From contig CAZALK010000020.1 in the NCBI GenBank assembly GCA_964486045.1, forward strand, positions 16,985-80,984: a DNA stretch of 64,000 bases. The letters are read 5' to 3'. Below, one piece after another: positions 29,060 through 37,259 of the stretch. The notes beneath the pieces were generated by a model. The model saw only the letters and a program-made list of their open reading frames with translations. It was not told the DNA's origin and did no database searches. Positions within the stretch are counted from its first letter, which is position 1. The number at the start of each line of letters is the position of its first letter. Source of the stretch: an uncultured archaeon. Its GTDB lineage: Archaea > Asgardarchaeota > Lokiarchaeia > Sigyniarchaeales > SOKP01. Position numbers and translations under genes: made by a program.

Positions 29060-30307
29060 ATGAAAACAAAGAAAGTATTTCTTTTTATGTTCTTATTTTT
29101 TTTTCCGGTATCAATTTCAGCTTATCCGAACTTACCGACACCATCAACAATGTTGGATAATTTTCCATTCACATCTTCCCCTGATTATGGTGTTTCTAAT
29201 TATAATATTACCCAAAGTGTAAAATATAATATAGAAATCAACTTTACTTTAACTCACAAATCAGGTCCTGGTTCCTATTATTTTAAATTTGCACGATTAA
29301 ATAACAGAATGCCAAACTCAACAAAGTCTCAATATACTCCCCCTTATCAAGAGAGTAATCTTTTATATAATAATATAACAGGATACTCAGTGCTTAATAT
29401 GGACCATAATGACCAATTTAATAACACTTATGACTCTTTTAACGCAACATTACTACCCGAAGAAACAGTTACATTAAGTCAACACTATATCACTGAAGTA
29501 AATGCTATCAATTTTCTGGAAGTTGATATGGCAGATATTGAGGTCTATAATACGTCAGATGAAATATTCTCTTTATATTCTAACAATACAGAACTATATT
29601 ATGAGCGAAACAATTCCGTTTTAGTTGATTTGTCTAATAACCTTGTAGATCCAGCTGATAATCCGATAGAAAAAGCGCAGAAGATTTTTAACTGGGTTAT
29701 AAGCAACCTTGAATATAATGGAGAGTTACCTGCTCAAGAAAAGGGAGCCCTTTGGGCTTATAATAATCTAAAGGGAGATTGTAGTGAATATTCGAGTTTG
29801 ATGATTACATTATTACGTATTCAAGGTATACCAGCTCGCAAAATAACCGGATTCTTAGTATCTAATAACCTCGCTTTGAGACCTCAAGCAGGTAATTCTT
29901 GGAACTTCTATGTCTCAGATTCAGGCGATAACATGTTAGGACATGCTTGGATTGAATATTATGTTCCTAATATTGGCTGGATTGCAAGTGATCCTACTTG
30001 GAAAACAGGTTATTTTAATAATATTGATTATCTTCGGTTCCATCTCAATGTAGGAGCGAACATCTTTTTTCCTCCTGATAGTACTGTGAGTGAGTTTGCT
30101 AATCCCATTTTTGCTTATTCTGGAGGAGCAACCTTTACATTTAGTTATGACATTGATATAACCGTTATAGAGTCGAACCTGTTACCGTTGGAGCAATTCC
30201 CATTATTGTTTGCTATATTTATTGGGGTAGGGGCTGCCGCTGTGCTATTTACACTGATTATTATAATAAAAAGAAGTCGCAAGAAAGATTTTTTTGAATA
30301 TGAATAA
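29060..30307 (+). CDS. secreted/membrane-anchored transglutaminase-like cysteine protease-fold protein
   Basis: It has a signal peptide (KKVFLFMFLFFFPVSISA). The Cys-His-Asp core is GDCSEYSSL...GHAWIEYY...ASDPT. A C-terminal TM anchor is followed by KRSRKKD, and an oligo-T run follows the stop. Confidence 0.8.
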   Translation: MKTKKVFLFMFLFFFPVSISAYPNLPTPSTMLDNFPFTSSPDYGVSNYNITQSVKYNIEINFTLTHKSGPGSYYFKFARLNNRMPNSTKSQYTPPYQESNLLYNNITGYSVLNMDHNDQFNNTYDSFNATLLPEETVTLSQHYITEVNAINFLEVDMADIEVYNTSDEIFSLYSNNTELYYERNNSVLVDLSNNLVDPADNPIEKAQKIFNWVISNLEYNGELPAQEKGALWAYNNLKGDCSEYSSLMITLLRIQGIPARKITGFLVSNNLALRPQAGNSWNFYVSDSGDNMLGHAWIEYYVPNIGWIASDPTWKTGYFNNIDYLRFHLNVGANIFFPPDSTVSEFANPIFAYSGGATFTFSYDIDITVIESNLLPLEQFPLLFAIFIGVGAAAVLFTLIIIIKRSRKKDFFEYE

Positions 30308-30339
30308 ATAATTCCAAGATTTAGTTTTCTTTTTTTTTT

Positions 30340-31806
30340 CTAAATATAAGTATGGATTAACTCCAGCAGATTTTTTGAGAAATCTGGTAAGTTTTTCTCT
30401 ATTTTTTTAATTTCAAGAGATTTTTCAATAAACATTAGTAAATATAAGTTATATTTTTCAACTTGGATTTTTTTAAAAACAACTTTCTTAGAGTCGTCAG
30501 CAATTCCGGTGGATACTAAAAAATCTTGTTTCAATACTTTGAATTCCTTAAAGGTTTTATACAAGGTTTGAAAGTGAGGTGCTGAGATTTCAAAAACCCT
30601 GTCAGATATCTCAGATTTTGAAAAATTGGATAATATTATTCCATTTTCGTTAAGTAATAAAATTGCGTCTGAATTCGTTTTTCTTGCGAATTGCTTCAAT
30701 TGATTTCTGAATAATTCTCGATTAGGACTTAACTGAGAAAGTCCATATGAATAAGCAGTAATAAGACTCCAATGGTCGAAAATACTAGTTTGGAATATTT
30801 TAGTTAAAAATCGATCAGATCTCTTTTCTACCTCATCAGCAATAATTTCTAAATTTTTAAATATTTCTTTTGAACCCTTCAGATCAGGATCGAATTTATT
30901 TAAACACACAACTATGGGCGGAAATTCATCTAATTCGACTAATATTTTCGAAATTCTTTGGAAAAGATTTAATGCTTCTTCAATTCTCTCTACATCTTGT
31001 ATATCAATAAAGAAGAAAATTAGATCAACATTATATAAATAGACTTGACTTTGCTCAAGAAATCTTTCTAAATATTTTTTTTGGCCACCTATATCCCATA
31101 GAGAGATTAACGAGTTCTGTTCTTCAAATATATTCTCTTCTGTTCTTTCAACACCTTTAGTAGGTAATGATTTGATAATTTCTGAATATTTCTTTCTGAT
31201 TCCATAAAGAAAACTTGATTTACCAGCCTTATCTAATCCTGTCAATAATATTTTAATTTGTCTTTTTGGAGAAAAAGGATCTTTTAATTCTTTTGTAAAC
31301 TCGAATAGTTCTTCTCTAATATCATCCATTATTCGTTTCTGGTCATTAAATTCTTTTACATTCTGAATTTGTGTAGCTGTTTTATCGATTATAATCCTTA
31401 AATATTTCATATTTTCATAAAAAAAAACCTTATCTTCTTCGTCAATTAATACAGTTATTGTCGCAGCTAGTGCTTGACCGCGTGCTTTTTCATCAGGGAT
31501 AAGAAAAAAATAAGTTAAGCCATTCAATTTTAAATCAGGAAAAGGAAGAATTCCAAAGTAGTTAACTCCTATGTCTGATCCCTGAGAATTTTGATAAACT
31601 GAATCACCCATAAGCAAACTAATAGTTTTCATAGCTATTAGAAGTCCTGATTTCTCTTCTAGGTTAGAAGGCCATATTATTCTAGGTGTTGGGCCTTTTT
31701 CATCAAAAATACTTAAAACAACCGCTTTTATTAGATTGGATTTTTTGTCACCTGTATCGTTTCCTTTCATCTTCTTCTTATTCGAATTTGAGTCGGTTTT
31801 TGCCAA
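30340..31806 (-). CDS. three-domain GTPase: N-terminal longin-like domain + Rag/Gtr-like G domain + C-terminal roadblock-like domain
   Basis: 488 aa. The N-domain covers about aa 25-145 (LIKAVVLSIFDEKGPTPRIIWP...ILPFPDLKLNGLTYFFLI). G1 is LLTGLDKAGKSS, G3 is WDIGGQ, G4 is NKFD and G5 is QTSIFDHWSLITAYS..LSP (as in Rag TSIWD...LIP). About 125 aa of alpha/beta C-domain follow. It ends in TAG. Confidence 0.7.
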   Translation of the reverse strand: MAKTDSNSNKKKMKGNDTGDKKSNLIKAVVLSIFDEKGPTPRIIWPSNLEEKSGLLIAMKTISLLMGDSVYQNSQGSDIGVNYFGILPFPDLKLNGLTYFFLIPDEKARGQALAATITVLIDEEDKVFFYENMKYLRIIIDKTATQIQNVKEFNDQKRIMDDIREELFEFTKELKDPFSPKRQIKILLTGLDKAGKSSFLYGIRKKYSEIIKSLPTKGVERTEENIFEEQNSLISLWDIGGQKKYLERFLEQSQVYLYNVDLIFFFIDIQDVERIEEALNLFQRISKILVELDEFPPIVVCLNKFDPDLKGSKEIFKNLEIIADEVEKRSDRFLTKIFQTSIFDHWSLITAYSYGLSQLSPNRELFRNQLKQFARKTNSDAILLLNENGIILSNFSKSEISDRVFEISAPHFQTLYKTFKEFKVLKQDFLVSTGIADDSKKVVFKKIQVEKYNLYLLMFIEKSLEIKKIEKNLPDFSKNLLELIHTYI

Positions 31807-31969
31807 TGTATTCCCTTATCTCTTGCATTAAAATAAGTGATGTTAGATTTTTATTATTATCTCTAACTTATAGTTTAATAAAATCTTGAAATCACATTAA
31901 TAGATCCAAAATAACAATTATTATTAAATCATTACTTTTCTCTCTGAAAAACTGATAATTAAAAAAAAA

Positions 31970-33778
31970 TTATGAAAAAAATCCCAATCTTACTAGTTTA
32001 GACGGTAAAAAGATTCTATTTACAAAATCCTCTAGAGTTAGATTACTTTTTGTAAGTTCAGTTAAAGATATATATTCAATTGCACCATTTTGGATAAACT
32101 GGTGGTAAACCTCTTGATTTTTAACTTTTTGTATTACATTAATTTCAGAATCTTCCCGAAAATGAGCAGTATTTGTATAATATGACATTTTTCCTTTGAA
32201 TTGGGGAATCGCTACTCCTGGAAAATGTTTTAGATCTAATTTTGCAAATCTGGAGGGTGATTTTTCAGAGGTATTTTCACTTAATACATGGCGAATATTA
32301 CTATTCTTAGATAGCTCTTTACAGACTTGATTCATCTCAATTAGGATTTTTTTGCCAAAAGTGAATACATCTGAACCTTCGTGCAGCTCGTAATCTGTTA
32401 AGAATTTAATAGCTTCGTTTAAACCAATAAAACTTATTGATAAGTATTGATTTTCTAAATTATAGAGATTCTGATTCTTAATATTAGTATTAAATAACGG
32501 CAAGTGATTTGACTGTAACCTTCTTCTTATGATATCATATTTTTTTAGTAAAATCCTAGAAGATAAATTCATTTTAGCTTTGAGTATCTCTAAGAAATCA
32601 TCTTCATCCTTACTCAGATAAGCAAAGCGAGGAAGGTTCAAACAAACCTCTTGAAGCATCCCTTGGTTATCATAACTAGGATAAGAAATTTTTTTACCTT
32701 TTTCATCATTGAAAAGGTGAGCATTTGAATTTAATAAAATTGGAGTTCTCATTGTTAATGTTTCATCCCAGACTTTATGATAAGCATCACCATACTTATT
32801 TAACAGTGTTTCATTAATATAAATTTCATGTTTGGGAGTATTAAATGGATTTTTATTATCATCACCTCCTTTAAAATTATAGGTAAAGGAGTTAAATATC
32901 TTCAGACAATCCTCATAATAATCTTCATAACATCCCTCGATTTTTCCAAAGGGTCCAACTGCAGGGTATTTTAATAAATATTTAACAATAGTAGGGTGAG
33001 TCATAATAGTGGTTGGAGGAATTGTCCGACCGGTTATTACTGAAAAATAATTCATTTCATAAATGAAATTCCTTATTATATGATTTAAATCTTGTTCATT
33101 AGATTCTTTAACATATGGTGCTAAGTAGATATTAATATTATTATATCCTTGACTTCCACAAATTTCATTTTGAGTTAATAATAACCATTTAATTAAATGA
33201 TCGCAGGCTTCCCTTAAGTTTTTTGCTGGTTTAAGTTTGCAACAAGGAAGATTTTTATTTAGAGGTGGTAAGCCATTTTCTAAAACGATACTGGGATCCC
33301 AAATTTGAGTCAGTGGTTTTAAATCAAAATATCGCAACTTATGAATATGGATGTCTCCGTATAAATGAGCCTTGGATTCTTCATTGGTGAGAATTCTTAA
33401 ATGAGCATATTCTTCAGAGATTCGATTTGAAGCCCAATTATGTATTTTCTCGGGGTTTATCACAATTTTTGGGTAATCAACCAAACCCTTTTCGAGAATT
33501 TCTTCATAATCCATTAATGGCATTCCAATTCTAGTGTATAATTTACGTTCATTTTCAAAATGTTGTTCAGAAAGTATTGAGCATACAATTTCTCTTATAT
33601 GCGGTCCAGAAAGAAATTTGATGCCAGAACTAATGATCCTTCTTACTACAAGTTCAGTAATCCTCTTAGCTTTGTCTTCACTCAAGTTAGTCTCTTTAAC
33701 AATGCTTTCAAAAATTATCGGGGAGTTAAAATCTGTTAAATCCCCTTCAGTTCTGAAAACTTTTGGTAATAAATCCAT
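31970..33778 (-). CDS. class III (anaerobic) ribonucleotide reductase NrdD-like protein with N-terminal ATP-cone
   Basis: 602 aa. The N-terminal KVFRTEGDLTDFNSPIIFESIVKETNLSEDKAKRITELVVRRI is an ATP-cone pattern. The C-terminal YYTNTAHF...GAIEYISL resembles the NrdD blocks. The extreme C-terminus is LVRLGFFS. Confidence 0.5.
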   Translation of the reverse strand: MDLLPKVFRTEGDLTDFNSPIIFESIVKETNLSEDKAKRITELVVRRIISSGIKFLSGPHIREIVCSILSEQHFENERKLYTRIGMPLMDYEEILEKGLVDYPKIVINPEKIHNWASNRISEEYAHLRILTNEESKAHLYGDIHIHKLRYFDLKPLTQIWDPSIVLENGLPPLNKNLPCCKLKPAKNLREACDHLIKWLLLTQNEICGSQGYNNINIYLAPYVKESNEQDLNHIIRNFIYEMNYFSVITGRTIPPTTIMTHPTIVKYLLKYPAVGPFGKIEGCYEDYYEDCLKIFNSFTYNFKGGDDNKNPFNTPKHEIYINETLLNKYGDAYHKVWDETLTMRTPILLNSNAHLFNDEKGKKISYPSYDNQGMLQEVCLNLPRFAYLSKDEDDFLEILKAKMNLSSRILLKKYDIIRRRLQSNHLPLFNTNIKNQNLYNLENQYLSISFIGLNEAIKFLTDYELHEGSDVFTFGKKILIEMNQVCKELSKNSNIRHVLSENTSEKSPSRFAKLDLKHFPGVAIPQFKGKMSYYTNTAHFREDSEINVIQKVKNQEVYHQFIQNGAIEYISLTELTKSNLTLEDFVNRIFLPSKLVRLGFFS

Positions 33779-33970
33779 GATGAGGTTATTATCGATTTTT
33801 TTTAGTTTTAATATTTACCTTTGAATTATTATATTCAAAAACCTTAAAAAAAAAAATTATTAATGGATTACATTAGATGTTAATTTTACTTTTTACATGA
33901 TTGTACTCAATCTTTAAATAGATCCATAAGGAGCATTTAGTTTGAGTACTAAAGCTTTTTATAGAATTTC

Positions 33971-34798
33971 TTGACTCTCTTTATGTTATTTTATAGGGAG
34001 AACGTAAATTATTATATGTCAAAATTATACTCATATTCCTCTTTACAACGATTTTTTAGCAGTATTTATTATATCTTGCAGGAGATTGATACAAAAATTG
34101 TTGAAGTCTGGTGTGAAATTCCAAGGATTACATTTTTTAAGAATCTTAGTAATTCTAAGCTTAGAGATTTCTTAGGGAAGTTTGAATTTATCTCCATTAA
34201 GAAGGGGAACTATATTTACTATGTTGTAATTAATAAAATATTATTTATCATCGATTGCATCAAATATTTACAATTTGACATTAAAAATCTTTCTGAAATT
34301 TTAGACTATAGTGGATTTGAGACATTAATAAAAGAGATTTTATCTAAAAACAGTTATCGGTCAATTACAAACTTCCGATTTTCAGATAAAAATAAGGTAG
34401 GATCAGAAAATTCACAGAAAAGGTATGAAATTGATGTTATAGGAATTTATTATAATTTTATTTTAATTATAGATGCAAAACAATGGAAACATAGAGATAC
34501 GTTTGGTTCATTAAATAAAGCAGCAACAAAGCAATATCATAGATTATTAGCCCTAAAAAGAAATCCAGGAGTCTTCGCAAAACTTATCTCTGAAATACTA
34601 GGTGAAAAACCCAATAAAAAAAAACACTTTCCATTAATATTAATTCCCGTTATTGTAACACAAGAAAATAATTATATTAAATTAAATGATGATCAGGTAC
34701 CACTTGTTTCGATTTATGAGTTAAATGCTTTTTTAGATGAATTACCAAACAACTTACACTATTTTAAAACCGTTCAAGTAGATAGAGTTTTTTTATAG
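33971..34798 (+). CDS. hypothetical protein with PD-(D/E)xK nuclease-like core
   Basis: YEIDVIGIYYNFILIIDAKQWK provides a D...(D)-x-K motif in a beta-strand context. The likely start is the ATG at 34016. It ends in TAG. Confidence 0.4.
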   Translation: MTLFMLFYRENVNYYMSKLYSYSSLQRFFSSIYYILQEIDTKIVEVWCEIPRITFFKNLSNSKLRDFLGKFEFISIKKGNYIYYVVINKILFIIDCIKYLQFDIKNLSEILDYSGFETLIKEILSKNSYRSITNFRFSDKNKVGSENSQKRYEIDVIGIYYNFILIIDAKQWKHRDTFGSLNKAATKQYHRLLALKRNPGVFAKLISEILGEKPNKKKHFPLILIPVIVTQENNYIKLNDDQVPLVSIYELNAFLDELPNNLHYFKTVQVDRVFL

Positions 34799-34868
34799 AA
34801 AAAATATTAATTTTCACCTATTTGTGAAAAATAATTAATCAATTAAAAAGATGCATCAACCCAAGATG

Positions 34869-35954
34869 TTATTTTTTTAATCCTAAATAATGTTTTACTT
34901 GTTTTTTTATAAGATTCATAGCAATAGAAATAATACCACTCTTAACTTGAGGATGTGAAAACAGTATTAAAATCATATCTTTAAGACTCGAAGTTTCTAG
35001 ATCAAGAAATGCCATATCTAAAACTCCCTCAGTACCTCTCACTGATATCGATCTTAAAGCTCCAGCACTTAAACCATCGATGATATCCGCACTTATCATT
35101 GAAAGATTTATCCCTATTGTACCAAATAAGGATTCCGATATTCTACTTGAAATAGCTGACGCTAACATTGTCCCATCTGTTTTTATGATTGCTGATGCCT
35201 CAATTTTTGAATCTAAAGTTATCAATTCTTTTAATATCTCATTCATCGAAGCTGGTGGTAATTTATTTTTTGGTTCTTTCTGAGAAGTTGATTTAGGTTC
35301 TTTTAGTTTTATTTTATTTACGATAATTTTCTTTGATAGAAAACCAAGAACCTCCGACATGTCTTTCTCTAGTTTCTTCTGTTTTATAATAGCAAGATCT
35401 GAGTCTACAGTTTTAAGGGGGAGCGGAGTTGTAGATGGTTTAGGTTTCTTAATTTCAACTTCGAGAACAGATTTTTTAAGTTCTTTTAGTGCATCTGAGA
35501 TAACTCCATTAGATTTAGGGATGAGAGAAATGAATTCTTTTTTGTCTGAGAGAATAGTACCTTTAAATGGTTTCGGGGTTATTTCTTGTAATATTGGGGG
35601 GGTTTTTTCTTCTAAATTGTGTTTCGTTTCTAGAGGTATTTCTGTAAGGGAATCCGATTCAATTTCTTCATTATCTTCTATTGGAATATCACCAAGCTTT
35701 GAAAAATCACTTAGTTTCTCTTCTTCTATCGGTATCTCATGTAATTCTAATTCTTCTGGTTCTAGATCTTCCGGTACTTTAGGTTCTTCTATTATTTGAG
35801 TAATAGGAACTTTTTTTGCTTTTTCTTCTTTAACGGTTTTAGGTTTTTTAGGTCTAGAGGTTCTAGTAGAAATTGGTAGTAATGCCCCACATGTTCTACA
35901 GATACGAGTTTTTTTCTCATTATTTGTTGTCCCACAGTTATTACAAATTATTAT
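34869..35954 (-). CDS. zinc-ribbon + acidic linker + Roadblock/LC7 (MglB/LAMTOR-like) domain protein
   Basis: The track gives only 34869..35360 (the roadblock part: ASAIIKTDGTMLASAIS...ISVRGTEGVLDMAFL). The frame stays open upstream to the TAA at 35960..35958, which I checked codon by codon. That extension encodes ICNNCGTTNNEKKTRICRTCG (CxxC..CxxC) plus an E/P/K-rich linker. No ATG/GTG/TTG lies in the extension; an ATA at 35954..35952 is 8 nt after GGGGGAG. Confidence 0.65.
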   Translation of the reverse strand: MIICNNCGTTNNEKKTRICRTCGALLPISTRTSRPKKPKTVKEEKAKKVPITQIIEEPKVPEDLEPEELELHEIPIEEEKLSDFSKLGDIPIEDNEEIESDSLTEIPLETKHNLEEKTPPILQEITPKPFKGTILSDKKEFISLIPKSNGVISDALKELKKSVLEVEIKKPKPSTTPLPLKTVDSDLAIIKQKKLEKDMSEVLGFLSKKIIVNKIKLKEPKSTSQKEPKNKLPPASMNEILKELITLDSKIEASAIIKTDGTMLASAISSRISESLFGTIGINLSMISADIIDGLSAGALRSISVRGTEGVLDMAFLDLETSSLKDMILILFSHPQVKSGIISIAMNLIKKQVKHYLGLKK

Positions 35955-36190
35955 TGATTATTCTCCCCCAGTATGATTTTAGCACTAATACTACAGTAAA
36001 TTTTAGAAATTTTTAGTTATTAGTTTTATAGTGTTTAATTTATAAATAGAAATTTGATATTATTAATATTAGCAACTTGAATTTGCCAATTTAATTTGTA
36101 CTTTTAATGAATATTTTTAAAATTCCTAATTCTAATTACAGTCATTAAAGTTGAATAAAAAATAGTCATAAATTATTTTAGAAACTGCTA

Positions 36191-37165
36191 TTATTTATAG
36201 AGGATCTCTTTCAATATTTTTGCGAAAGCTTCAAAGTCTTCTTTGTTAAAAACAGGATTATCTTTTAATAGAAGTAAGTAATAGGGTGTGGACTCTTTTC
36301 GTAACGAAATCTGTTTAAACATGAAATTTTTCCCATATCTTTGTACAATCATTCTTTCCTCGTACTTTTTCTCCAAAACGCTTGTGGATTGAAAGGAATC
36401 ATGAAGAGTGAGAAAATATGGGGTTGAAGCGGTGAGTAGGTGCCGAGTCTCATCATCCTTATAATAAGATCCAATTATTAGTGAATTGTCGTCAATTACT
36501 ACTACCCCACCGGAATCTACCTTTTTAGCAAATTCTACAATTGTTTTTTCAATTAATTCAGATTTTGGATAGAGACTTAAAAGGATTTCAGACATGGCTG
36601 CTATTATTGATGAGAATTCATAAATGGAGGTTTCATAGAAATAAATTTCCTTATAATCTGTAGCGTTTCTTATTAGTTCCTTTAAATCTATTATAAGATT
36701 TTCCATTTCATTTAAGGCACCCCTCTTTAAAGCAGGATCATATTTATGAAGGAAAACATAGATTGGTGGTTCAATTTCCAATTTGTTAAACTGCTCAATA
36801 ACATCTTTAAAATAACTTATTGCTTCAGGTATTCGCGGTTTATTCTGGATATCAATAACATAGATGGCAATTTCAGTTCCATCAAAGTATTTATTTGGCT
36901 TTTTTAAATAGGAGATCCTATAGCTAACCTGCCCGCCTAAATCCCATTCACTTATCTCTTTTCCTAGAAAATCGAATATTCTCCTTTGCGCTCCTCTCGT
37001 AGGAGATAATACAGCAATTTTTGAGAATTCTCTTTGGAGAGATAAAATTATGCTTGTCTTGCCTGCATCATCTAGCCCCGTAAATAAAATCTTTGAAGAT
37101 TCGGGTTCAGCTTCTAGATCATCTTTTTTTAAATACAAGATTGATTGTTTAAGATTTTTCTCCAT
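36191..37165 (-). CDS. Rag/Gtr-like small GTPase (G domain + C-terminal roadblock-like domain)
   Basis: 324 aa. G1 is ILFTGLDDAGKTS, G3 is EWDLGGQ, G4 is FLHKYD (His-Lys-x-Asp as in RagA HKMD) and G5 is YETSIYEFSSIIAAMSEILLSLYP (compare RagA [21 protein letters not shown]). A roughly 125-aa C-domain follows (VVVIDDNSLIIGSY...). Confidence 0.75.
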   Translation of the reverse strand: MEKNLKQSILYLKKDDLEAEPESSKILFTGLDDAGKTSIILSLQREFSKIAVLSPTRGAQRRIFDFLGKEISEWDLGGQVSYRISYLKKPNKYFDGTEIAIYVIDIQNKPRIPEAISYFKDVIEQFNKLEIEPPIYVFLHKYDPALKRGALNEMENLIIDLKELIRNATDYKEIYFYETSIYEFSSIIAAMSEILLSLYPKSELIEKTIVEFAKKVDSGGVVVIDDNSLIIGSYYKDDETRHLLTASTPYFLTLHDSFQSTSVLEKKYEERMIVQRYGKNFMFKQISLRKESTPYYLLLLKDNPVFNKEDFEAFAKILKEILYK

Positions 37166-37259
37166 AATTCAATTTCACCTATAATCTTATAATTAGAAAT
37201 TTACAAATATATTCTTTATCAAAATACAAAATTATATTATTGTTTATTTAGATTACGGA

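Noticed and set aside
30301-30342. The TAG terminator of the three-domain GTPase is followed by a long stop-free stretch, suggesting possible read-through.
   Set aside because: The extension runs antisense through the 3' end of the transglutaminase-like gene. It translates to low-complexity sequence with no motif, and the C-terminal domain is already complete by comparison with its two paralogs.
35359-35799. A 146-aa plus-strand ORF, Ser-rich (MSFSSFFCFIIARSE...).
   Set aside because: It lies antisense to the open, motif-bearing minus-strand frame (the zinc-ribbon/roadblock gene). Its low-complexity composition is the mirror image of the E/K-rich linker, so it is a shadow ORF.
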